This document shows, piece by piece, positions 29,094 through 36,986 of a stretch of DNA of 64,000 bases. The notes under the pieces were generated by a model that was given only the letters and a program-made list of their open reading frames with translations, was not told the origin of the DNA and ran no database searches. The stretch is from an uncultured Verrucomicrobiota bacterium (GTDB lineage: Bacteria; Verrucomicrobiota; Verrucomicrobiia; Limisphaerales; UBA9464), in contig CAZGIK010000026.1 in assembly GCA_964525755.1 (NCBI GenBank), positions 8,168 to 72,167 of the forward strand, in the 5' to 3' direction. The translations under genes and the position numbers were made by a program. The stretch's first letter is position 1, and every line of letters begins with the position of its first letter.

Positions 29094-29825
29094 ATGAATA
29101 TGTGGCGCGGGGTATATTCTCGGCCTGCGTGGTGGCTGTCTGGCATATTTCTTGTAATGGTGCTCTCCTTTACTGGTTGTCGCGGGTCGGGTGTTCCTCC
29201 GACCGAGGTTGAGTTGCAAGCGATGTTTGCAAACCAGGTCACGCACGCAGATCTGGTCGGCCGGTTCGGCCAGCCTGATTCCGTGGAAGATCGAAGTGGT
29301 GGAGTTTTATTTGTTACGTACAGGTGGCACGCTCCTCCCAAGGCGGGAGTCCCTCAAGTGTACGGTCTGAATTGCACCATTAGTAACGATGTGGTGGTTC
29401 ATTGGCGCGGTCTCAACGTGTACTCTGCGGCTAGACCGGGATCTCAAGTGGCGTACGGTCACGGCCACGAGGCGGAAGTGTCGCTGCTGTATACGCCGAA
29501 TGGCGATGCCCGTTCATTTCTAAAGAGTCATGCAGGAGCAGCAGTGACTGAGGTCGAGGCAAGAAGTGTGACGGCGTTCCGTGCTGAAGTGTTTACTGAT
29601 GCGTTAGCGATGGATGGGCTTGGTCTTCAGCCGGTGTTTCTTTCTTTGCGGGTTGAGGATGCTGTATCGATTATCAAGGGCCAGTTGGGAATATCTAATG
29701 GGGTGTGGGTGGTCGCCTCTGGCGGGGTGATCATTGGGGCTGCGGATGGAGTTGCCGACCTTCGAGATGGTGTATTCAGGTTTACCGGGGTCTCCGGCGT
29801 TATGCGAAAGGTGTGGCTGAGGTAG
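29094..29825 (+). CDS. Hypothetical lipoprotein in an AT-richer islet
   Basis: Lipobox LSFTG-C after a hydrophobic stretch (WWLSGIFLVMVLSFTGC). The region is about 52% G+C in sampled lines, against about 68% in the flanks. Confidence 0.6.
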   Translation: MNMWRGVYSRPAWWLSGIFLVMVLSFTGCRGSGVPPTEVELQAMFANQVTHADLVGRFGQPDSVEDRSGGVLFVTYRWHAPPKAGVPQVYGLNCTISNDVVVHWRGLNVYSAARPGSQVAYGHGHEAEVSLLYTPNGDARSFLKSHAGAAVTEVEARSVTAFRAEVFTDALAMDGLGLQPVFLSLRVEDAVSIIKGQLGISNGVWVVASGGVIIGAADGVADLRDGVFRFTGVSGVMRKVWLR

Positions 29826-29959
29826 CGTGGGAGTCTGTCCCGGGGGGGCGAGGATCCCGCGGGATCACGCTGTTTTTCTGTCCGGTGCCGACAAGCTATG
29901 ACTACGGGGCACCAAGCGACGAAGCGGGGAGGGCTCGGTGGGCCCGGGCGCCGGACGGA

Positions 29960-30151
29960 TCCCCGTCCGGCTTCCAAAGCGGCGTGGCGCTGGAGCTTCC
30001 CTCCGCAGTCCAAATCCCTGCGGCGCCGATTTGGACTGAGGTGGCAAAGCGAAGCGTCGACACCGCTTTGGGTGAAAAATGCCGATCGGCGCCGGCCACG
30101 AGGAGGCGGATGGCGATCCTTGGCAGGGCTCGGCAGGAGCCTCGCGCCACC
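29960..30151. repeat. Mosaic repeat cluster (B-palindrome + module A)
   Basis: A 98-bp palindromic module B at 29974-30071, homologous to 756-855. Module A at 30126-30151. Confidence 0.85.
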
Positions 30152-30273
30152 TGTCCGGGCAAGCGGCGGTGCCACGTCCCGGGAAATCCCCTCCGTGTCA
30201 TGGTGGCCGTCCTGTCAGCCCCGCCCGATGCCCCCTTGCCCCGCCCCCCCGGGCCGGCTCAGGCTGTCCGCCC

Positions 30274-31374
30274 ATGCGCACGGTTCGGGTTTCCCTCGGC
30301 GATCGATCCTATGACATCCGGATCGGACGCGGCCTCCTGCCATCCCTCGGGCCGCGCTGCGCCGGGCTGGGATGGCGCGGACGTTGCGCCGTGATCACCG
30401 ACAGCGCGGTCGGCCCCCTGCACGCCGACGACGCCCTCGCGAGCCTCAGGGCCGCCGGATTCCAACCGGTGCTCCTCACCGTGCCCGCCGGGGAGAAGTC
30501 GAAATCCTGGGCCGCCGTCGGCCGCTGCCACGACCAGCTCGCCGCCCATCGCCTCGAACGGAAATCCTTCATCGTCGCCCTCGGCGGCGGGGTCGTCGGC
30601 GACCTCGCAGGATTCGTCGCCGCCACCTACCTCCGCGGGATCGATTTCGTCCAGGTCCCCACCACCCTCCTCGCCCAGGTCGACAGCTCGGTCGGCGGCA
30701 AGACCGGGGTCAACCTCCGCGCCGGGAAGAACCTCGTCGGCGCCTTCCACCAGCCGCGCCTCGTCCTGTGCGACCTGGCCACCCTCGACTCCCTGCCCGA
30801 ACGCGAGTTCCGATCCGGCCTGGCCGAGGTGATCAAGTACGGGATCATCCGCGATCCCGCGCTGTTCCGTCGACTGGAACGCGATCTCGACCGGCTGCTG
30901 GCCCGCGATCCGGACACCCTCGGGGCCGTGGTGGCCCGTTGCTGTGCGATCAAGGCGGAGGTGGTGGGGGCCGACGAGACCGAGTCCGGCCTCCGGGCGA
31001 TCCTCAACTTCGGCCACACCGTGGGCCACGCGATCGAGAACTCGTCCGGCTACGGACACCATCTCCACGGCGAGGCGATCAGCATCGGACAGGTGGCCGC
31101 CGCCGACCTCAGCGTGGCCCTGACCGGATTGAAGCCGTCCGACGCCGACCGGATCCGGGTCCTGTTCGAGCGGGCCGGACTGCCGGTGACGCTGCCGCTC
31201 AACCCGGCCCGCACCCGGCGCCTGCTCCAGGCCATGCGCCTCGACAAGAAGGTGAGCGACGGCGAGGTGCGCTTCGTCCTCGCCGAACGCATCGGCGCAG
31301 TCCGCTGGGGTCATCCGGTCCCGGAACCGGTCCTCCTCGGGGCGCTCGCCCGCCGGGCCGCCCCGAAAACGTGA
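30274..31374 (+). CDS. aroB: 3-dehydroquinate synthase
   Basis: GEKSKS, ALGGGVVGDLAGF, VQVPTTLLAQVDSSVGGKTGVN, NFGHTVGHAIE. Confidence 0.95.
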   Translation: MRTVRVSLGDRSYDIRIGRGLLPSLGPRCAGLGWRGRCAVITDSAVGPLHADDALASLRAAGFQPVLLTVPAGEKSKSWAAVGRCHDQLAAHRLERKSFIVALGGGVVGDLAGFVAATYLRGIDFVQVPTTLLAQVDSSVGGKTGVNLRAGKNLVGAFHQPRLVLCDLATLDSLPEREFRSGLAEVIKYGIIRDPALFRRLERDLDRLLARDPDTLGAVVARCCAIKAEVVGADETESGLRAILNFGHTVGHAIENSSGYGHHLHGEAISIGQVAAADLSVALTGLKPSDADRIRVLFERAGLPVTLPLNPARTRRLLQAMRLDKKVSDGEVRFVLAERIGAVRWGHPVPEPVLLGALARRAAPKT

Positions 31375-31412
31375 CCGGATCCCGCCGCCCTCGCCCGGCA
31401 ATCCGTTTGACG

Positions 31413-31430
31413 CCCCTACATATGGTGGGG
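31413..31430. promoter_or_regulatory. Imperfect 18-bp palindrome, possible NrdR-box-like site upstream of nrdR
   Basis: ccccTACATATGgTgggg (14/18 palindromic, with an ACATATG core) 44 nt upstream of the nrdR ATG. Only one box is seen. Confidence 0.2.
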
Positions 31431-31473
31431 TACCACCTGCGGCAACACAGCCGGTTGAGGCCGGCAGTTTCCC

Positions 31474-32010
31474 ATGCGATGTCCAAAATGTGGCGACCAG
31501 GAGGACCGGGTCATTGATTCCCGGGCCTCGCGCGAGGGGGCCACGATCCGGCGTCGGCGGGAGTGCCTGAGCTGCGGGCACCGCTACACGACCTACGAGG
31601 AGATCGAGCGGGAGCTGCTCACGGTGATCAAGCGGGACGGGCGCCGGGAGGCGTTCACCCGGGAGAAGCTCCTGGCCGGGATCCGTCGGGCCTGCGAGAA
31701 GCGTCCGGTGTCCGAGGAGGACCTCGCCGCGGCCGTCGACCGGGTGCTGGAGAATCTCGCCGCCCTTTCCGAGCGGGAAGTGCCGTCGTCGGAGATCGGA
31801 CGGCTGGTGATGGCCGAGCTCCAGGGCCTCGATCCGGTGGCGTACATCCGGTACGCGAGCATCTACCGCCAGTTCGAGGAGGTCGGGGATTTCGTCGCCG
31901 AGGTGCAGCGCATCGTCGGCCTGCCCCGTCCCGACAAGCGTCAGATGTCGTTCGAACTCAACCAGGCGCCGGCCGCCAAGGCGGCCGGGCCCAACCGCGA
32001 ACCTGCATGA
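31474..32010 (+). CDS. nrdR: Transcriptional repressor NrdR
   Basis: MRCPKCG...CLSCGHRYTTYE zinc ribbon plus ATP-cone. Confidence 0.95.
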   Translation: MRCPKCGDQEDRVIDSRASREGATIRRRRECLSCGHRYTTYEEIERELLTVIKRDGRREAFTREKLLAGIRRACEKRPVSEEDLAAAVDRVLENLAALSEREVPSSEIGRLVMAELQGLDPVAYIRYASIYRQFEEVGDFVAEVQRIVGLPRPDKRQMSFELNQAPAAKAAGPNREPA

Positions 32011-32564
32011 TCCAGCTGCGACGCGATGCCCTGTACCTGACCGACGCCCAGGGGGAGACGACTCCCTGTTCCGTGGACCAGATCACCCTCGAACTCGTGG
32101 GAGCCGCCGCGGATGTGGTGGATCCCGAGGTGATGCGGCACGCGGCGCTGGGGGTGCTCCACTATTTCCGGGAGGAACTGGGCCGGGACACCGTGACCAC
32201 CGCCGAGTTCGCCGAGGCCCTCGCCCGGGTGCTGTCGCGCCTCGGCCTCACGGTGGAACTCATCCCGGGGCAACCCAACCTGCAGGAGGTCCGGGTCACG
32301 GATCTGCGGGAACTGGCCTGCGCCTGCGGCAAGCTCGGGGAACTGGACTTCTTCCCCCGCCTCCACTCGAGCCTCCGGTCGTCCATCGGACAAGGTCCCG
32401 CCACGGTCGAGTTCCGCGGACTGCGCGGGGCGGTCAAGCTCCTCGCCGGACGCAAGCACTGGTGCCCGACCTGCCAGGACCTGGAGGAGCGGATCGTCGA
32501 GGCCCTCCGCCGCTGGTGGACCGCGGAACGGGCCGCCCGCGAATCGGCCCTCTACGTGCACTGA
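32007..32564 (+). CDS. Hypothetical protein
   Basis: MIQLRRDALYL...; its start overlaps the nrdR stop (ATGA). GC3 bias present. Confidence 0.55.
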   Translation: MIQLRRDALYLTDAQGETTPCSVDQITLELVGAAADVVDPEVMRHAALGVLHYFREELGRDTVTTAEFAEALARVLSRLGLTVELIPGQPNLQEVRVTDLRELACACGKLGELDFFPRLHSSLRSSIGQGPATVEFRGLRGAVKLLAGRKHWCPTCQDLEERIVEALRRWWTAERAARESALYVH

Positions 32565-32602
32565 CCTTGCCGGGCCGGGGCCGGGGGCGTAGAGCTTCCG
32601 GC

Positions 32603-32941
32603 ATGACCGTGTTCGAGAAGATCATCGCCCGCGAAATCCCGGCCGATATCGTGTTCGAGGACGACCTGGTGGTTGCCTTCCGGGACATCCAGCCACAGGC
32701 ACCGGTGCACATCCTGATCGTCCCCCGGAAACCCCTGGCGCGGATCGGCGCTGCATCGGACGAGGACCAGGCCCTCCTGGGACATCTCCTGCTCCGGGCG
32801 CCCGAGGTGGCACGGCGGGCCGGCGTGGCGGAGTCCGGCTACCGCCTGGTCATCAACAACGGACGGGATGGCGGCGAATCCGTCCCCCACCTCCACTGCC
32901 ATCTCCTCGGCGGCCGCCCCCTCCATTGGCCTCCGGGCTGA
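32603..32941 (+). CDS. HIT-family (HinT-like) nucleotide hydrolase
   Basis: MTVFEKIIAREIPADIVFEDD... and histidine triad HLHCHLLGG. Confidence 0.9.
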   Translation: MTVFEKIIAREIPADIVFEDDLVVAFRDIQPQAPVHILIVPRKPLARIGAASDEDQALLGHLLLRAPEVARRAGVAESGYRLVINNGRDGGESVPHLHCHLLGGRPLHWPPG

Positions 32942-32974
32942 TCACCAGACCTCGGCTTCCGCCTCGGCAGCGTC

Positions 32975-33655
32975 TTACCGGACCTCGGCTTCCGCCTCGG
33001 CCTGTCGGGCCCGCCACAGCAGCCAGGTGGATTCCTCGTGGAAGGCGCTCAGGCGGGGATAGGCGACGAGATCCTCGACCCGTTCATGGACCGGTCCGGC
33101 CTCGATGAGCAACCGGGCTCCCCGGTTGAGGACGGCGCCGGGGGCGTGATGACGGAGCTTGCGCAGGAGGTGGATGAACCGGTCGGCCGCCGAGGTTCCA
33201 CCCACTTCCGGGGAATGATGGAAGTGCAGCTTGCCCATGGTGGTGAAGAACCGCATCACGGCGTCGCCGCCCACGATCTCCAGCCGCACCTCGCCCCGGT
33301 CGGAACCCACCGCGATCAGACGGACCGCGGGCCACGGCACCTTCTCGGCCCGCTCCAGGGCGTCGAACAGCTCCAGGGTGTCGGGTTGGAACTGGGTGCT
33401 GAGGAAGAACTGGGCGTCCGGTAACCGGGGGAGGTCGCGATCGGCCACCAACTCCACCCCGACTCCCTCGCCGGTCAGCATCGCCGCCAGACTCTGGCCC
33501 TCGTCCTCGGGCAGGTCCCGGGCCAGGATGCCGAACGCGTCGTCCGCCACCCACACCGCATCCGCCGCCGAGAGGGACCGGCTGTTGCGAAAGGCGCGCT
33601 TCAGGGCGTCCACCGGGGGCGGCGCCATCGAGGTCTGGAGAAGGGCGTAGGTCAT
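32975..33655 (-). CDS. Hypothetical protein
   Basis: 226-aa ORF with coding-like composition and no recognisable motif. Confidence 0.5.
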   Translation of the reverse strand: MTYALLQTSMAPPPVDALKRAFRNSRSLSAADAVWVADDAFGILARDLPEDEGQSLAAMLTGEGVGVELVADRDLPRLPDAQFFLSTQFQPDTLELFDALERAEKVPWPAVRLIAVGSDRGEVRLEIVGGDAVMRFFTTMGKLHFHHSPEVGGTSAADRFIHLLRKLRHHAPGAVLNRGARLLIEAGPVHERVEDLVAYPRLSAFHEESTWLLWRARQAEAEAEVR

Positions 33656-33727
33656 GTCATTCGGGGCCGAGGCACCCCGCGCGCGGGCGCAGGCAAAACA
33701 CTTGAATCCCGTGGATCGACGGCCATG

Positions 33728-34621
33728 TCAATGACGGGGCCGAGGCACCCGCACCCGAAGCACCCCCGGAACCACCCCGATCCGCGCCGGAAGCAACCCC
33801 ACGTTGTCGCCCTCGACCTGCAATGCCAGCGGCCCGTCACTGGACACGTCCAGCCCGCCGGCCTGCCAGTGCCGGACTCCGCGCGCGTCCTGGAACCGCC
33901 CCCGCACCAGCGCCACCCCGCCCCGGATCACCGTCAGCACGTTCACCCGGTCCATCAGCGCCACGTCCAGCAGGCCGTCGTCGACCGTCGCCGCCGGGAA
34001 CACGGTGAAGCGTCCGCCGTAGAACCGGCCGTTGCCCACGAGCATCATCTGGCCCGACGCCGACACCCCGCCGCCGGTGACGGTGACCCGCGGCAGGTGC
34101 CCGTGCAGGGCGGTCCATCCGGCCCAGATGTAGGCCAGGGGTCCCCAACGGCGTTTCCACGCCCAGCGCACCCGTCCGATGGCCTGCGAATCGAGCCCCG
34201 CCCCGGCCAGCTGCACGAACCATCGGCGCCCACCCTCGAGGTCGGCATGGGCCAGGTCGGTCACCCGCTCCCCGCCCCCCAACGCCACCGTCCACGCCGC
34301 ATCCAGCCCCTCGGGCACGCCCAGTTCCTTGGCGAACACGTTCACCGTCCCCAGCGGCAGCACCGCCAGCCGGCAGGCGGCAAGGAGGGCCGGATCGGAT
34401 GCCATTCCGTTGACCACCTCGTTCACCGTCCCATCCCCGCCCGCCGCCACCACCAGGTCGCACCCCGCCCGGACCGCATCGGCCGCCAGCAAGGTGGCAT
34501 GTCCCGGACCCTCGGTGGGCAGGAGACGCACGTCCGAACCGAGCGCCGCCAACCGCTCCCGCAACGCCCGGGCCTTCTCGCCCCGGGCGGTCGGGTTGAA
34601 GATCACGGCGGGACGGGACAT
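33728..34621 (-). CDS. Diacylglycerol/lipid kinase (YegS/BmrU family)
   Basis: Start MSRPAVIFNPTARG. Catalytic-domain motif VVAAGGDGTVNEV, and LPLGTVNVFAKELG. Confidence 0.85.
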   Translation of the reverse strand: MSRPAVIFNPTARGEKARALRERLAALGSDVRLLPTEGPGHATLLAADAVRAGCDLVVAAGGDGTVNEVVNGMASDPALLAACRLAVLPLGTVNVFAKELGVPEGLDAAWTVALGGGERVTDLAHADLEGGRRWFVQLAGAGLDSQAIGRVRWAWKRRWGPLAYIWAGWTALHGHLPRVTVTGGGVSASGQMMLVGNGRFYGGRFTVFPAATVDDGLLDVALMDRVNVLTVIRGGVALVRGRFQDARGVRHWQAGGLDVSSDGPLALQVEGDNVGLLPARIGVVPGVLRVRVPRPRH

Positions 34622-34643
34622 GGGCGACAGGGCACGACCGACA

Positions 34644-36713
34644 TCAACGTCCCGGCGGCATCGCCCCGGTCCATTCCCACCGCTCGCCGAAGAACCCGCC
34701 CGCGGCAATCCCCCCCGGTTGCCGGCTGTCGGGCACCCGCCGCAGGTCGATCACCGCCCAGTCCGGCAGCTTGGGCGTCTGGCGCGCGTTGTTCAGGTAG
34801 TCGTATTCCCGGAAGGTGAACCCGCTGTTCACCACCACGTACCGGTCGGGATGCAGGGGATTCGGATGGATCAACACCGGCGCATACCGGTCCGAGGGAT
34901 AGTTCGCGTCGGGCGTCCGCACCGCGGTGGCGTCCCAACGGATCGGCAGGCGGTCGACCAGACGGCCCAGCAGACGGTTGCTCTGCGGATCGCCCCACAG
35001 CACGAGGTGATGCGCCGCCATGTCGGCCTCGGTGACCTCGTCGTCGAGCTTCACCCGCGGCTCGCCCCGGAAATGCCGACGCCAATGCTCCCGCGCCCGT
35101 GCCGACTCGGCATCCACCCACGCCCCCACCACGGGGTTCATCGGACCGGCCCCGGGCAACACCATCAGGAACGAATCCATGAAGGCGTCGTCGATCGGTC
35201 CCTGCAGCCCGGTCCGCTTGGCCAGGCCGTCCGCCGGACGCGGCCCCGAACGCCACACGCCGTCCACGAGATGGTACGACGCGCCCCAGGAGCCGTCGGT
35301 TTCCGGCGGTTGGCCCGACGGCAGGATCCCGGCGACGAACTCCGCCCCGCCCGGACCGGGTTCGACCCGGACCACCGGCGAACGGTTCCTCGGGAAGGGC
35401 GCCTCGCCCGGACCGAACTCGAGGCGGAAGGCCGTCACCCCGGTCAGGGTCAGCGAGAGGTCGGCATCGCCCGACCCGATCACCCCGGCCACCCGCGCGG
35501 GTTCCCAGTGCCGGGCCAGTCCCTCGGCGATGAACCAGGCCATCCGGGGATAGCGGAGGGAGTGGGTCACGAACTGGAGTGTGCGCGGCACCGGGTCGCG
35601 TCCGCGGGCCGCGAGGGCGTCGATCCGCCGGTTGATCTCGGCCTTGGCGCCCGGCTCGTAGCGGTGCCCGGTGTCGGGGCCGATCACATGCGACAACCGC
35701 ATGCCCTCCGCCGCCAGGGCCGCCTCCATCGCCCGGGCGGCCTGGATCTGGCGGTCCTTCTCGCCGCTGTAGGCCACCAGCGGCACCATGGCCACGTTGG
35801 CCGCGTGCGACGTGGCATCGTACAGGCGCCACAGCAGCGGTTCCCACGGCTGCGGGCGCAGGGTTTCGTCCTGGAACACCCGCAGGAACTCCGCCGTCTC
35901 GCTGAAGCCCGCCCCCGGAGCGGCCGCCGCCCACTGCCAGGCATGGTGGACGGCCATGTGCCAGCAGGAGGCGCCCCCGAGCGAAAACCCGCGCACCACC
36001 AGGCGGTCGGGGTCGATCGGATACCGCCGCCGCACGTCGTCCAGCGCCTCCCAGAAATCCGTCTCCCCCGCGAACCGCGACCCGTTGCAGTACCGGCCGT
36101 ACAGGTGGAGGACGAACGCCCCGGGCGGGGCGAACTCGCCCACGTTGCGCCGACGGTCATGCAGGAACGCCAGCTCGCCCAGCTGCTCGCCCCGACCGTG
36201 GAACCAGGCGTCCAGCCGATGCACCCGCGCCGCGCCGGGATCGTACGATTCGGGAACCACCAGCCCGTACGGCTGCACCGAACCGTCCACCCGCGACACG
36301 TACCCGCGGACCACCAGGCCCCGGGCCGTGGTCCAGTCGGGCGACCCCGCCCGCAGCGCAGCCGCCCGACGTTCCCCCTCCGCCAGCTGCTGACGGGCGG
36401 CATCCACCTCGTTGGTGCGGAAGAACTCGTCGTAGCGCAGGGCCCAGTCGACCGCCTTGTGGAAGATCTGGATGTCGGGGAGGAGAGCGAGGGAGGCGGG
36501 CTTTCCCTCGAGGTCGGTGCGCAGGGAATCGATGGCTGCGCCCAGCCGGACCACCCCGGTCACCAGTTCCTCGCGATCCGCGTCCGGGATCTCCACCCCG
36601 GGCGGCGGGATGCGTCGGACGTTCTCGGCCACGTTGTCCGCGGGTCCATCGGCCCAGAGACGGGCGACGAACCCCGCGGTGAGAAGAAGCAGGGGGAGGC
36701 GGAGCGGGTGCAT
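34644..36713 (-). CDS. Secreted alpha/beta-hydrolase-fold protein (S9 peptidase/esterase-like) with a large C-terminal extension
   Basis: Signal MHPLRLPLLLLTAGFVARLWA. Nucleophile elbow GFSLGG. The acid and His residues are not confidently placed. Confidence 0.7.
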   Translation of the reverse strand: MHPLRLPLLLLTAGFVARLWADGPADNVAENVRRIPPPGVEIPDADREELVTGVVRLGAAIDSLRTDLEGKPASLALLPDIQIFHKAVDWALRYDEFFRTNEVDAARQQLAEGERRAAALRAGSPDWTTARGLVVRGYVSRVDGSVQPYGLVVPESYDPGAARVHRLDAWFHGRGEQLGELAFLHDRRRNVGEFAPPGAFVLHLYGRYCNGSRFAGETDFWEALDDVRRRYPIDPDRLVVRGFSLGGASCWHMAVHHAWQWAAAAPGAGFSETAEFLRVFQDETLRPQPWEPLLWRLYDATSHAANVAMVPLVAYSGEKDRQIQAARAMEAALAAEGMRLSHVIGPDTGHRYEPGAKAEINRRIDALAARGRDPVPRTLQFVTHSLRYPRMAWFIAEGLARHWEPARVAGVIGSGDADLSLTLTGVTAFRLEFGPGEAPFPRNRSPVVRVEPGPGGAEFVAGILPSGQPPETDGSWGASYHLVDGVWRSGPRPADGLAKRTGLQGPIDDAFMDSFLMVLPGAGPMNPVVGAWVDAESARAREHWRRHFRGEPRVKLDDEVTEADMAAHHLVLWGDPQSNRLLGRLVDRLPIRWDATAVRTPDANYPSDRYAPVLIHPNPLHPDRYVVVNSGFTFREYDYLNNARQTPKLPDWAVIDLRRVPDSRQPGGIAAGGFFGERWEWTGAMPPGR

Positions 36714-36780
36714 GCGGCGGGCGCCCCCGAGGTAACGCCCACCCATCGCGCCGGACAAGCCCCCAGCGCGCCGGGCGCCC

Positions 36781-36885
36781 CTCGGGCCGTGGAGGGATGA
36801 GCCCGCGTCAGCGGGCGAGTCCGCCGGGGTCCGCAAGGACCCCGCAGGGGTTGGGACCGATGGGGCATCGGATGATGAATCCGCC
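36781..36885. repeat. Repeat modules F (twin hairpin) and C
   Basis: 36781-36850: ctcgggccgtggagggatgaGCCCGCgtcaGCGGGCgagtccgccGGGGTCCgcaaGGACCCCgcagggg. Module C, inverted (ggcatcggatgatgaatccgcc), at 36864-36885. Confidence 0.8.
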
Positions 36886-36986
36886 GAAGACCATCCCTCC
36901 GCCCCGCCCCTCGGGCTTCCGGGGGAGCGGGGGAGGGGGATCCGGGGCGGATCGGCGAGGCGGGACCTGCCGCCCCTCGGCGTCGG

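Noticed and set aside
28088-29341. 417-aa minus-strand ORF spanning the whole IS and its flanks.
   Set aside because: It is in a different frame from the transposase, which has clear IS5-family DDE features. It also crosses both terminal inverted repeats, so it is an artefact.
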